A stretch of 60,897 nucleotides of DNA, filler included. It is 4 parts of 4 records of this genome, joined end to end, with 100 filler letters (N's around TTAATTAATTAA, not from the genome) between each part and the next. Parts side by side here need not be neighbours in the genome. Positions count along the whole stretch, not along the records: positions 19,547 to 34,609 come from DRR378314_2364; 3 more parts are not named here. One strand, given 5' to 3'. Within the stretch, counting starts at the first letter, position 1. Each line of letters opens with the position of its first letter. Shown piece by piece: positions 20,087-30,261 of the stretch. The notes below the pieces were generated by a model. It did no database searches and was not told the origin of the DNA. It saw nothing but the letters and a program-made list of their open reading frames with translations. The position numbers and the translations under genes were made by a program.

Positions 20087-21199
20087 TTAGCGCGACGGCC
20101 CCGGCGTTGGATCTAGGGAAAAAGGCGCCAGCTGGCTCAGCAGCGATTTAACCGGCGCAGCCAAGCCAAGCGTGGGCGGTTCGTCAACGTCATACCACAC
20201 GCCATCTTCTCTTACGCCGTTCAGCCTATCGCAACTGACGGGCTGAGGCGTAATCAATAGCCGAAAATGACTAAACGTATGAGTAAAGCTGGGCAGTGGC
20301 GCATGGCGCTCGGGGGACGTCACATGATCAGCCAGCCAATCGTCCAGTTCACTATGTTGCTCAAATTGAGGCAGGCTCCATAGGCCTCCCCACAGGCCGC
20401 TAGGTGGCCGTTGCTCTAACCACACCCGCCCTTGCCTGTCTCGTAGCATCAGCATAATGGTTTCACGCGTCGGCAAGGCTTTTTTAGGCTTGGATTCGGG
20501 AAAGCGTTGCGGCTCACCTTGGGCATAGGCACGGCATACGTCGTTAAACGGACAGATCAGGCAATCAGGTTTGCTGCGTTTACATAGCGTGGCGCCGAAA
20601 TCCATGATGGCTTGGGTATAGTCGGCAAGACGGGTATTGGGCGTAAAATACTCAGCCAGTGTCCATAGTGAACGCTCTACTGCTGGCTTGCCTGGCCAGC
20701 CAGTAATGGCATGCAAGCGAGTCAGCGATCGTTTTACATTGCCATCTAAAATCGCGGCCTGCTGACCAGAGCTTTGTTTATCAGAACTTTGCGCGATGAT
20801 CGCGCCAGCAGTGGAACGGCCGATACCTGGCAGCGCCATTAACGCTTCGACACTGTCCGTTGGCAGTTCTCCCCCATGGGACGCTAACGCCACTTGGGCC
20901 GCTTTATGCAAATTACGGGCACGGGCGTAGTAACCCAGCCCGGTCCAGAGATGCAGCACGTCGTCCTGAGGTGCGTTGGCCAGTGCTTCTAACGTGGGAA
21001 AGCGCGTCATAAAGCGTTTGAAGTAGGGAATAACCGTCGCGACTTGGGTTTGCTGGAGCATAATTTCAGATACCCATACCCGGTAGGCACTTCGGGGCGA
21101 CTGCCAAGGCAGGTCATGCCGGCCATACTGATCGAACCAGGTAAGTAAGCGGCGTTGAAACTCTTCCGCCGCGAGGCACGGTGTAAACATGTCGGCCAT
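20087..21199 (-). CDS. mutY: A/G-specific adenine glycosylase MutY
   Basis: VSEIMLQQTQV, GLGYYARARN, LPGIGRSTA, LDGNVKR, C-x6-C-x2-C-x5-C Fe-S motif. Confidence 0.96.
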   Translation of the reverse strand: MADMFTPCLAAEEFQRRLLTWFDQYGRHDLPWQSPRSAYRVWVSEIMLQQTQVATVIPYFKRFMTRFPTLEALANAPQDDVLHLWTGLGYYARARNLHKAAQVALASHGGELPTDSVEALMALPGIGRSTAGAIIAQSSDKQSSGQQAAILDGNVKRSLTRLHAITGWPGKPAVERSLWTLAEYFTPNTRLADYTQAIMDFGATLCKRSKPDCLICPFNDVCRAYAQGEPQRFPESKPKKALPTRETIMLMLRDRQGRVWLEQRPPSGLWGGLWSLPQFEQHSELDDWLADHVTSPERHAPLPSFTHTFSHFRLLITPQPVSCDRLNGVREDGVWYDVDEPPTLGLAAPVKSLLSQLAPFSLDPTPGPSR

Positions 21200-21278
21200 A
21201 GGATTTCCTTAAACAGTAAAACGGCACCCTGCAATTAGCCGTCAGTTGGCCTTGCTATTATGTGGCTAACTAACACGC

Positions 21279-21306
21279 AAAAAAGCGCCGGCGGTAAGGC
21301 CGGCGC
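21279..21306 (-). terminator. Intrinsic terminator downstream of asmA
   Basis: Minus strand GCGCCGGC-CTTACC-GCCGGCGC-TTTTTT. Confidence 0.7.
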
Positions 21307-21342
21307 ACACTGATTGTATCGCTTCAAAACGTGCATGAATGC

Positions 21343-23676
21343 TCAGTTAAATAGACGACGAATCCCCTCACGAAGTTCCTGACCAGCGCCTTCTCCTAGG
21401 CGTTCGTCAATTTGATCAAGCGAATCTCCCAGCCGTTCCTCAAGCGCTTCTTCAAGACGGCCACCTGCTTCATTGCGTAGCAGGTCTACTACCGCTGCCT
21501 GAAAAGCCGAACGGTCAAATCGGCACCACTGGGTTTTATCGTCGCCCACATGGCCTTCACAACGAACTGGAAGAGGCAGTTGCTCTAAACGCGGGTTCAC
21601 GTTACAGGCGGCATCGGCTGTGTCGACCAACCTAGCATTTGCCTCAGTCGTAAAATTCAGCGTATTGAGACTGAATTCGCCTTCACCCTGTACATCAATG
21701 CCAGGAAGGGTGATAAGCAAATCGTCGCTATTTACTACACCATTACGCACTTGGAAGGTCGCATCAAACCGTTCAAAACGCGTATCAGGCTCCCATTCGC
21801 GCAGGGTGCCTTCGCCCTCTAGCTGCGCCACTATCTCGCACATTTGCTGAGAGATATTCGTTTGCAGAATAGCGCCGTCGTTCAGTTGTGCACTTAGCTC
21901 GCCGTTAAGATTATTGATGAGCACGTCACGGCGGTTACCTTGAGTCGTCAGCGCACCTTCCAAGTTAAAGCGGCCTCGTAACGGTGATGCCTCTTCACTA
22001 AAGGTTTCAATGAGCGGTGCGACCTGAACATCACTGACACGTGGAGAAATCTGCCATTCCAGTATGTTCGCTGTCGCATCTAGACGGCCTGTCGAATTAA
22101 GCTCGCCCTCATAAAAACGTGACTCAAAGGCTGTCAGTTGGTGCACTCCATTCTCGCCGCGCAAGCTTAGCGAAGTGTCATCGAACGTTAGTCCCGCCAG
22201 CACAAGCTGGTCGACGCTTAAGTCCCCCTCTAGCGATAGCGTGCTCAGCCATTCCTGAGGCAATAGTGCCCCATCGGTTTGGGCAAAGGCTTTGCGCAGT
22301 ATACCTCGGCTAGCTTGTTGAGCGGTTTCCGGACCAGGCAGATAATGATCAATATTCAGTTGGTCGCCTTCCAGATTAAAGGCGAGCCGAGTACCGTCCA
22401 GCGCGGCGGAAATATTACCTGTAAAGGTACTGTCGTCCACTACTAAGGAAAGGCGCGGCAGTGCAATACTCGTCATATCTCCTTCAATGGGGCTAGTCAT
22501 CGCCACATCTCTCAGGGCGCTTTCATTGGCCGTATTGAGAGTAATACCTGCGCGAGATAACCAAGGCCGCAATGTAAAAGGCGCTGCGGTGAGTTGGCCG
22601 CTGTACTGAGGAGAGTCTAAAAGCTTTTCGACATTGAGATGGCCGCTGACTCTCAGCCCATCCGGCCCGGTTAACTGAGCATCTTTAAACTGAGCAGTTT
22701 GCGCCGCCCAGTCACTTTCCAAACCAAATGCCAACGAAAGCGCGAGGCTACCCTGCCAATTGTCTGGATGACGTAAGCCTGCGTCAACGACACCCTCGCG
22801 AATCGTAAGTTGCTGCTCACCCATTCGGGCAACTATTTCAGCTGCTTTCAAACTAAGCTGCTGCGGATCACTTTCTCCAGAGCGTCGCGTACGGGTCGTC
22901 AGCTGGATATTTTCAAAAACCAACTGCTCATCTTTCAAACCTAAACGAAGACGAGTTTCGAGATTCACTTCGCTGGTCAGGTCGGGCGTACGCTCCAACA
23001 CCTCTGCATCTAAGCGATTATGCTTAGTGAGTGTGAACATGGTTTTTAAAGGGAAGGAGCGTAACGGATTGACGTTGGCGCCTGAAATATTGAGCGGCTG
23101 CACACGCCAAAGCGCTTGGCTTTGCTCATCACGGAAGCGAATATCAGCATTTTTCACTTCTACGCTGGCAATATTCAGCACCACCGACAAACTTCCAGCA
23201 TCTGCGTTGGGGCCAGCGCTTGCAGGAGCCAGTACCGTTTCCGCTGTTTCGTTACCCTGCTCAGCGAGGCGCTCTAGTAACGGCTGCCAATTACCTTCGC
23301 CCTGCTCATCCTTTTCAAGGTTTAAGCGCATGCCATCCAGGGTTAAGCCATCAACCGCGATTTCGCCGCGTAATAAAGGAGCAAAGGCTACGCTAACTTC
23401 AGCTCGCTCAATGGCGGCAAACGCACTCTCGTTTTGAGCTTGCTCTGGCAGCCACGCTTTTGCCTGCTCAACACTGACCCCTATACGCGGATAAAATGAC
23501 CATGTGATCGGGCCTTCCAAGGCTAGATTCAGGCCTGTTTGTTCTTCTACCACCGCGGTTAGCCGAGGCTTGAAATCTTCTGGGTCAAGAAAAGTGGTGA
23601 CATACACCACTGCGGCAACGGCAACAATCGCTAAAATACCTACCGCAGCCAGCAAAATACGTAGTAGATGATTCAT
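21343..23676 (-). CDS. asmA: AsmA family protein
   Basis: N-terminal TM, LALEGPITWSFYP, APLLRG, TFQVRNGVVNSDDL; usual synteny with mutY and hisB. Confidence 0.87.
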   Translation of the reverse strand: MNHLLRILLAAVGILAIVAVAAVVYVTTFLDPEDFKPRLTAVVEEQTGLNLALEGPITWSFYPRIGVSVEQAKAWLPEQAQNESAFAAIERAEVSVAFAPLLRGEIAVDGLTLDGMRLNLEKDEQGEGNWQPLLERLAEQGNETAETVLAPASAGPNADAGSLSVVLNIASVEVKNADIRFRDEQSQALWRVQPLNISGANVNPLRSFPLKTMFTLTKHNRLDAEVLERTPDLTSEVNLETRLRLGLKDEQLVFENIQLTTRTRRSGESDPQQLSLKAAEIVARMGEQQLTIREGVVDAGLRHPDNWQGSLALSLAFGLESDWAAQTAQFKDAQLTGPDGLRVSGHLNVEKLLDSPQYSGQLTAAPFTLRPWLSRAGITLNTANESALRDVAMTSPIEGDMTSIALPRLSLVVDDSTFTGNISAALDGTRLAFNLEGDQLNIDHYLPGPETAQQASRGILRKAFAQTDGALLPQEWLSTLSLEGDLSVDQLVLAGLTFDDTSLSLRGENGVHQLTAFESRFYEGELNSTGRLDATANILEWQISPRVSDVQVAPLIETFSEEASPLRGRFNLEGALTTQGNRRDVLINNLNGELSAQLNDGAILQTNISQQMCEIVAQLEGEGTLREWEPDTRFERFDATFQVRNGVVNSDDLLITLPGIDVQGEGEFSLNTLNFTTEANARLVDTADAACNVNPRLEQLPLPVRCEGHVGDDKTQWCRFDRSAFQAAVVDLLRNEAGGRLEEALEERLGDSLDQIDERLGEGAGQELREGIRRLFN

Positions 23677-24158
23677 TGCCCTTTTCCTTGTGGGTCTAGC
23701 TCAACAAAATCACTGGTGATGGAATCATCCGACGGCGTGGATGATTCAGGGGCTACGGGGCGATAACCAAGCTTTGAGAGCAGTACTCGATCGGCTAACG
23801 GCAGCGACGACGTTGCGATGCGCAGCACACGTCCTTCTTGTTTTGCCTGCTCTCCTAACAGTGCCATTAGACGCGTGCCTACGCCACGCCGTCGGGTGGG
23901 TTTACGCACGCACAGCTCGGAGAGCCACCAGGCGCGGTCAGCTGCCTCTTTTATCGCCACCGCACCGAGCAGTCGATCATTAAAATGTGCGCAGGCAAAA
24001 AAGTGCTGCCCTTTTAAATGCTGTTCAATAAAAGGGGCGACCGTTGGTGTAGGCATTCGCTCTTGGGGCGCATCTTCATAAATGCGTATTAGGTCAATAC
24101 GCACCTGCTCCTCAGCTTCCCAACGGGCCTGGTCGACGTAATCCAATGTCACCGGCAT
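23673..24158 (-). CDS. PanZ/PanM-family GNAT-fold acetyl-CoA sensor
   Basis: DLIRIYEDAP, HFNDRLLGA, LCVRKPTRRRGVG. Confidence 0.75.
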   Translation of the reverse strand: MPVTLDYVDQARWEAEEQVRIDLIRIYEDAPQERMPTPTVAPFIEQHLKGQHFFACAHFNDRLLGAVAIKEAADRAWWLSELCVRKPTRRRGVGTRLMALLGEQAKQEGRVLRIATSSLPLADRVLLSKLGYRPVAPESSTPSDDSITSDFVELDPQGKGQ

Positions 24159-24364
24159 GGTGAAATCCTCTTTGCCAAAGCAGCAAGGCTGCTATTCTAC
24201 CGCCAGCAAAGGCGGCTACCTTTCGCGCATTGTAGCGGATGGGGGTGCCGATTCACTATAATGGTCGCTTTTGGCACAGGTTATGCTTTGATCTAGCGGT
24301 GTTAACATTACCCGACGATCCACCAATACCCCCTCAGAGTGCGCATCAGCGCAGGAGATGCAAC

Positions 24365-24958
24365 ATGTCAGCGCGTATTGCCACGGTAAGCCGTGACACC
24401 AACGAAACGCAGATTACGGTCAGCGTCAACCTTGATGGCGAAGGCCGTCTCCGCAGCGACACCGGCGTTCCGTTTCTTGACCATATGCTTGATCAAGTAG
24501 CTCGTCATGGGATGGTGGATCTCGACATTGACGCAAAAGGCGATCTGCACATCGATGATCACCACACAGTTGAAGATCTAGGCATTACCCTAGGCCAAGC
24601 ATTTCACCAAGCGATCGGCGATAAACGCGGCATCTACCGCTATGGGCATGCTTACGTTCCTCTTGATGAAGCGTTGTCCCGTGTGGTTATCGACTTCTCC
24701 GGCCGTCCAGGTCTCTATATGAATGTCGACTTCACCCGCGATACCATTGGCCGTATGGATACCCAGCTGTTTTGGGAATTTTTCCAAGGCTTCGTCAACC
24801 ATGCGCGCGTCACCCTGCATATTGACAATATAAAAGGCTTTAATGCTCACCATCAGGCTGAGACTATATTTAAAGCGTTTGGCCGCGCGCTGCGCATGGC
24901 GGTGGCAGAAGACCCGCGTATGGCGGGACAAATGCCGTCTACCAAAGGAAGCCTATAA
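24365..24958 (+). CDS. hisB: Imidazoleglycerol-phosphate dehydratase
   Basis: [34 protein letters not shown] 24365 after AGGAGA. Confidence 0.97.
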   Translation: MSARIATVSRDTNETQITVSVNLDGEGRLRSDTGVPFLDHMLDQVARHGMVDLDIDAKGDLHIDDHHTVEDLGITLGQAFHQAIGDKRGIYRYGHAYVPLDEALSRVVIDFSGRPGLYMNVDFTRDTIGRMDTQLFWEFFQGFVNHARVTLHIDNIKGFNAHHQAETIFKAFGRALRMAVAEDPRMAGQMPSTKGSL

Positions 24959-25010
24959 TGCCGGGTATTGCAGCGAGTGGTAGCTCGCCAACGATAACAA
25001 GGAGCGCTTT

Positions 25011-25652
25011 ATGACCATCGCGGTAATCGATTATGGAATGGGCAACCTGCACTCTGTGGCAAAAGCGCTTGAGCACGTCACCCACGAAAATGTGATTATT
25101 ACTCGCGACCCTCGACGTATTTTAGGTGCAACGCGCCTAGTACTCCCGGGCCAAGGGGCTATTAGGGACTGTGTAGGCGAGCTGGAACGTACCGAGCTAC
25201 GCGGCTTAGTCGATGACATTCTTACCCGTCAAGCTAAACCACTATTGGGTATTTGCGTGGGCCAGCAAATGCTGATGGAACGTAGCGAAGAGAACGGTGG
25301 CGTAGATTGCCTGGGCTTTTTCCATGGCAGCGTTGATCGTTTTCCGGCCAATATGCGCGATGATTACGAACAGCGCTTAAAAGTCCCGCACATGGGCTGG
25401 AACCTTGTGGCGCAACATCACGATCACCCGCTATGGTCAGGCATTGACGATAACGAACACTTCTATTTTGTGCACAGCTACTACGTTAATGCGACTGACG
25501 ATGCGCAAGTGTTTGGTACTACCCAGTACGGCAAGGTTTGCGCCCATGTAGCGATTGGCCGTGATGCCACCTTCGCTGTGCAGTTCCATCCTGAAAAAAG
25601 CTCCCGCGCGGGCCTTCGCCTGCTAGAAAACTTTGTCACCTGGACGCCCTGA
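25011..25652 (+). CDS. hisH: IGP synthase glutaminase subunit
   Basis: [35 protein letters not shown]. Confidence 0.97.
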   Translation: MTIAVIDYGMGNLHSVAKALEHVTHENVIITRDPRRILGATRLVLPGQGAIRDCVGELERTELRGLVDDILTRQAKPLLGICVGQQMLMERSEENGGVDCLGFFHGSVDRFPANMRDDYEQRLKVPHMGWNLVAQHHDHPLWSGIDDNEHFYFVHSYYVNATDDAQVFGTTQYGKVCAHVAIGRDATFAVQFHPEKSSRAGLRLLENFVTWTP

Positions 25653-25663
25653 GAGGTTTCACA

Positions 25664-26410
25664 ATGTTGGTAATTCCCGCGATTGATCTCAAAGACGGCC
25701 AGTGTGTGCGCTTGAAGCAAGGCCGCATGGAAGATTCAACGTCCTACGGCGATGACCCTGTTGCCATGGCCGCTCGCTGGGTAGAAGCGGGTGCTCGCCG
25801 CCTGCACTTGGTTGACCTAAACGGCGCTTTTGAAGGCAAGCCGATGAACGGCGAGGCAGTCACCGCAATTGCGCGCGCCTACCCTAAGCTGCCCATCCAA
25901 ATTGGCGGCGGTATCCGCTCAGCGGAAACCATTGAGCATTATTTAAATGCCGGGGTTTCTTACGTCATTATTGGCACTAAAGCAGTTAAAGAGCCGAACT
26001 TCGTGGGCGAAATGTGCCGTGCGTTCCCAGGCCACATTATTGTTGGCCTGGATGCTAAAGATGGCTATGTGGCCACCGATGGCTGGGCGGAAGTATCCAC
26101 TTTAAAGGCGACCGAGCTCGCCAAGCGCTTTGCCAATGACGGCGTTTCCAGCATTGTCTATACCGACATTGCCCGCGATGGCATGATGCAAGGCGTCAAT
26201 GTAGAAGCCACGGCTGCGCTAGCCCGCGAAGGTGGCTTACCGGTGATTGCTTCCGGTGGCGTCACCAATTTAGACGACATTCGTGCGCTGTGTGATGTCG
26301 CTGACAGCGGCATTTTAGGCGCGATTACCGGCCGCGCGATCTATGAAGGCAGCCTCGATGTGGCAGAAGCTCAGCGCTTGAGCGACCAGCTTAGCGGAGG
26401 CGACAAATGA
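25664..26410 (+). CDS. hisA: ProFAR isomerase
   Basis: [26 protein letters not shown]. Confidence 0.97.
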   Translation: MLVIPAIDLKDGQCVRLKQGRMEDSTSYGDDPVAMAARWVEAGARRLHLVDLNGAFEGKPMNGEAVTAIARAYPKLPIQIGGGIRSAETIEHYLNAGVSYVIIGTKAVKEPNFVGEMCRAFPGHIIVGLDAKDGYVATDGWAEVSTLKATELAKRFANDGVSSIVYTDIARDGMMQGVNVEATAALAREGGLPVIASGGVTNLDDIRALCDVADSGILGAITGRAIYEGSLDVAEAQRLSDQLSGGDK

Positions 26411-27180
26411 GTTTAGCGAAACGTATTATCCCTTGCTTAGATGTCGATGCCGGACGCGTGGTGAAAGGCGTTAACTTTGTTGGCATCCGTGATGCAGGCG
26501 ACCCGGTCGAAATTGCTCAGCGCTATAACCAGCAGGGTGCCGATGAAATCACCTTCCTCGACATTACCGCCAGCCATGAAAACCGTGACACAACGGTCGA
26601 CATGGTAGAGCGCATTGCCGGTGAAGTGTTTATTCCCCTCACCGTGGGGGGAGGCATCCGCAGTTGCGATGATATTCGCACGATGCTGAATGCAGGGGCT
26701 GACAAAGTCTCCATCAATACCGCCGCGGTGACCAACCCCGAGTTTGTTCGCGAAGCCGCCGAGCGCTTTGGCAGCCAATGTATTGTGGTGGCGATTGACG
26801 CTAAGAAGGTGTCTAAAGAAGGCGAGCCTCCTCGCTGGGAAATATTCACTCACGGTGGGCGTCGACCAACGGGACTGGATGCCATCGAGTGGGCCAAAAA
26901 GATGGTAGAGTTTGGTGCTGGCGAGTTATTGCTCACCAGTATGGATCGCGACGGCACTAAAGTGGGTTTTGATCTGGGGGTGACCCATGCTATTTCTGAA
27001 GCCGTCAGCGTGCCGGTGATTGCTTCTGGCGGTGTAGGAAACTTGGATCACCTAGTAGACGGCGTACTCAAAGGTGGTGCCGATGCGGTATTGGCAGCAA
27101 GCATCTTCCACTTTGGTGAATATACGATACCAGAAGCAAAACGTTACATGGCGGAGCACGGCATCGAAATGCGCCTTTAG
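26407..27180 (+). CDS. hisF: IGP synthase cyclase subunit
   Basis: [30 protein letters not shown]. Confidence 0.97.
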   Translation: MSLAKRIIPCLDVDAGRVVKGVNFVGIRDAGDPVEIAQRYNQQGADEITFLDITASHENRDTTVDMVERIAGEVFIPLTVGGGIRSCDDIRTMLNAGADKVSINTAAVTNPEFVREAAERFGSQCIVVAIDAKKVSKEGEPPRWEIFTHGGRRPTGLDAIEWAKKMVEFGAGELLLTSMDRDGTKVGFDLGVTHAISEAVSVPVIASGGVGNLDHLVDGVLKGGADAVLAASIFHFGEYTIPEAKRYMAEHGIEMRL

Positions 27181-27222
27181 CGAAACCACTTAGCAAAAAG
27201 CCCTTCTCTCAGGAGCAGTGAC

Positions 27223-27729
27223 ATGCCTCGTTATTATCAATGGGCAGGAGGGATAGCAGGGATTTGGCTGAGCACTACCGTCTCAGCCTTTTCTTTGCCA
27301 GATTGGCCTCCCACCTTAGAACTTGATCACACACTGGTGCAAACCAGTTTGCTAACGCGCCACTTCGATCCTGACCCTGACCATACCAATCAGCAAAAAC
27401 TGGCAAGCATTGAACTACATAACCCAGACCGCTGGTTAACAGGGGCGGCATGGTTTAAAAACTCATTTGATCAACCAACCTGGTATTTTTATGCAGGGCG
27501 TGAATTCCCGCTTTGGCAATTTGCCGAAGAGATCAACGTACGCGCCAAGCTAACTGGCGGGCTACTACACGGCTATAAAGGTGAATATCGCGACAAGATT
27601 CCCTTTAACCATTTAGGCACAGCGCCTGCACTGTTACCCAGCATTGGCGTGCAATGGGGGCGTGTAGAATCAGATCTTATCATCTTCGGCACCGCCGGCA
27701 TGATGGTCACGGCGGGCCTGCGGTTTTAA
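27223..27729 (+). CDS. Outer-membrane beta-barrel, Pseudomonas-type PagP-like lipid A palmitoyltransferase
   Basis: Signal peptide, QTS..TRHF.PDP.H.N, FKNSF.Q, KLTGGLL.GY.GEYRDKIP, C-terminal Phe; matches my recollection of P. aeruginosa PA1343 (PagP). Confidence 0.65.
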   Translation: MPRYYQWAGGIAGIWLSTTVSAFSLPDWPPTLELDHTLVQTSLLTRHFDPDPDHTNQQKLASIELHNPDRWLTGAAWFKNSFDQPTWYFYAGREFPLWQFAEEINVRAKLTGGLLHGYKGEYRDKIPFNHLGTAPALLPSIGVQWGRVESDLIIFGTAGMMVTAGLRF

Positions 27730-27742
27730 CCGGCTTTAACCG

Positions 27743-28345
27743 TTACTCCTCGCCCTCGTCTAAGGTTAAACCAAGATTACTAATGCCGTTATTACGCCCT
27801 AGCTGACGAATTTCTTTTAGGGAGGTTTTATTAATTGGCTCACTCACGGCGTCCAAAACAGCGTCCTGGAAATCATTTTCGTCGGCCATCAAGGGATGGT
27901 CGCGAATGATCAGCGCAAGCGCCTGGGCATCTTCTTCACCTTCCGTTAGCTCGATAAAAGCGCGCACGCCCGCTCGCGAGGTGCGGCTGACATCTAACAC
28001 GGCTTCGGGCGACTCCCCCAGCAGCGTATCCAGCAGCGCGGATACCGACACAACAGCATCTAACGCTCGGCGCGCTCCAAAGCTCTCATCATCTTCCGGA
28101 GGTTCGCACTCAGCCAGTTTTTCCGCTTGCCGAGCAAAGTCTATGCTCGCATTCGAAACGCTCAAACGCTCCCACACCAGGCTCAGCACAGTTCGCAGTG
28201 TATGCTCGTCACCTACCCCCGCGGTTTGTTGATAAAGCGCGTAGTTAGGTAGCAGACGTTCACATAGGGCTGCCATAAACGCTTGCTGAGCGGGCAACGG
28301 CAACTGTTGAAGTCGCTGGTAAAATCCTAGGGGTTTAGCCACCAT
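27743..28345 (-). CDS. YjaG / DUF416 family protein
   Basis: FMAALCERLLPNY..Y, HPLM.DE..FQ, GISNLG; likely start ATG 28345. Confidence 0.85.
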   Translation of the reverse strand: MVAKPLGFYQRLQQLPLPAQQAFMAALCERLLPNYALYQQTAGVGDEHTLRTVLSLVWERLSVSNASIDFARQAEKLAECEPPEDDESFGARRALDAVVSVSALLDTLLGESPEAVLDVSRTSRAGVRAFIELTEGEEDAQALALIIRDHPLMADENDFQDAVLDAVSEPINKTSLKEIRQLGRNNGISNLGLTLDEGEE

Positions 28346-28457
28346 GCTGATTTCCTGGGTCACAATATTGGTGAAATGAACGCGATACGTTATCGTCGCA
28401 CAAACGCGGCAGGAGATCCCTATCGCGTTATTAACATCGGCCGGCGAGGAGATTACC

Positions 28458-29150
28458 ATGCATATCCATCTGCTACAGCACGGCCCTGACCATGGTCCCG
28501 CTCGTCTAACTGACTGGCTTGAGAGTATGGGCCATAGTTACACCGTTTTTCATCTTTATGCGGGCGAGCTAACCCCACGACCAGGTGAGTGCGACGCGCT
28601 AATTATACTGGATGGCCCTGAACGTCTAGTGAATGATCCACCCGATTGGTTTAAAGCCGAACGCAAGCTGATTAACCGCTATCTGGATGGGCAGAAACCA
28701 TTATTGGGTATTGGCTTGGGCGCACTGTGGATAGCGGAGGCGCTGGATGCCGTTATTGCACCAGGCACCTACCCTGAAATTGGCTGGCACCAAATAACAC
28801 TTGCCCCAGAAAGCACCTTTGACCTACCCGAACAATTTGAGGCATTTATGAGGCACCGCCTCGTGTTCAGCTTACCGGAAAGCGCACTACCGCTAGGCGG
28901 CAGTGCAGCAGCACCGCTGCAAGGTTTTTCGTGGGACGCCGGGCGTGTCGTCGGTTTACTGTGTCATTTCGAAGCGACGGCTTCCAGCGTATCACCACTG
29001 CTCAATGCCGATGAGTGGCCACAGCCCAAAACTGCCGCAGCAGGACGCTTTATACAAACCAGTGAACAGATCCTAGAAGATGCTGGACGCTTTCATCAGC
29101 TAGCTCCGCTGTTAGACCGCATGATGACCCAATGGCTGAAAGCGGCATAA
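28458..29150 (+). CDS. Class I glutamine amidotransferase-like protein lacking the nucleophile Cys
   Basis: LQH..GP, KPLLGIGLGA (canonical GICLGAQ), EIGW, CHFE (canonical FHPE). Confidence 0.8.
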   Translation: MHIHLLQHGPDHGPARLTDWLESMGHSYTVFHLYAGELTPRPGECDALIILDGPERLVNDPPDWFKAERKLINRYLDGQKPLLGIGLGALWIAEALDAVIAPGTYPEIGWHQITLAPESTFDLPEQFEAFMRHRLVFSLPESALPLGGSAAAPLQGFSWDAGRVVGLLCHFEATASSVSPLLNADEWPQPKTAAAGRFIQTSEQILEDAGRFHQLAPLLDRMMTQWLKAA

Positions 29151-29172
29151 GCTATAGATGAATACAACGCCG

Positions 29173-30261
29173 CTAAGCGCTCCACTGCCTAGCGGCTTCT
29201 AAGCAGCTTTCCCAATCGCCAACATGCAGTTCCACAGGGCGGTTATCTCGCTGCTTTTCAAGATGATAGCGATAAAGTGGGTCGTAATATTCGGTCAACA
29301 GTGGCGCAAGCCATGCTTCGTGGGCTCGAATATTCCCTAGTGCATGGGCATCAAAAGCCATACCTTGTAATCGCTGTAGACGCTGCAATCGGGCATTGCC
29401 TAAGCGTTTCGCCAAACGCTCCAGGGCATTGGCTAATTGGAGTCGCATACGTTGCCAGCCCTCTTGCTGGCCGTAACGGGCAGTGTAGCGCTGTTCAAGT
29501 GCTTCGATATAGTCACGGCGCAACTGCTCTAAACGCCAATCCAAGGGCATCTCAATGCGTATTCGCGGCGCACGTTGCAGAGCATGCCAAAAGGTAAGCG
29601 GAATATTGGCATTACCGATTTGCCGCGACTCATCTTCTACCACTAAGCTTCCCGTCAGCCCAATTAAGCGCTTGGCTAAGGCATGCTCAAAATCAATTTG
29701 TGTTGTCGGCTCTTCTGGCTGCCTCCCAAACGCCGATCCTTTATGGTTGGCAAACGCCTCCAGATCAATGCCGTTACTCAATTGATTGATTAGCGTCGTT
29801 TTCGCGCAACCCGTCAGCCCCGCCACGACCAGCATCGGCTGGCTGGCAGCCTCATCAATGCGCTGACATAGCCGTTGCCGCATCGCTTTCCAGCCACCGT
29901 CAATGCGCGGCCTGTTGATGCCTGCATCAGCAAGCCATTGCTGTGCAATTTGCGAACGCAGCCCTCCGCGAAAACAGTAGATAATAGCGTCTGGTTGACG
30001 CGCCACGTACCCCAGCCACGCGTCAACGCGTGCTCGTTTAGTGTCACCGCTGACTAAACGTTCACCTAACCCAATTGCTGCCTGCTGTCCGTGCTGTTTA
30101 TAAGCAATACCCACTTGATGGCGCTCATCATCAACCATTAACGGTAAGTTAACCGCGCCAGGCAAACTGCCTTGAACAAATTCAACCGGGGCGCGCACAT
30201 CTATCAGCGGTGTTGTTTGCGCAATTAAGTTCAATGATGCCGGAACAGTGGCTAGCGTCAT
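29173..30261 (-). CDS. selU: tRNA 2-selenouridine synthase
   Basis: Rhodanese IDVRAPVEF, YCFRGGLRS, P-loop GLTGCAKT, ANHKGSAFG, EDESRQIG, YYDPLY. Confidence 0.94.
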   Translation of the reverse strand: MTLATVPASLNLIAQTTPLIDVRAPVEFVQGSLPGAVNLPLMVDDERHQVGIAYKQHGQQAAIGLGERLVSGDTKRARVDAWLGYVARQPDAIIYCFRGGLRSQIAQQWLADAGINRPRIDGGWKAMRQRLCQRIDEAASQPMLVVAGLTGCAKTTLINQLSNGIDLEAFANHKGSAFGRQPEEPTTQIDFEHALAKRLIGLTGSLVVEDESRQIGNANIPLTFWHALQRAPRIRIEMPLDWRLEQLRRDYIEALEQRYTARYGQQEGWQRMRLQLANALERLAKRLGNARLQRLQRLQGMAFDAHALGNIRAHEAWLAPLLTEYYDPLYRYHLEKQRDNRPVELHVGDWESCLEAARQWSA

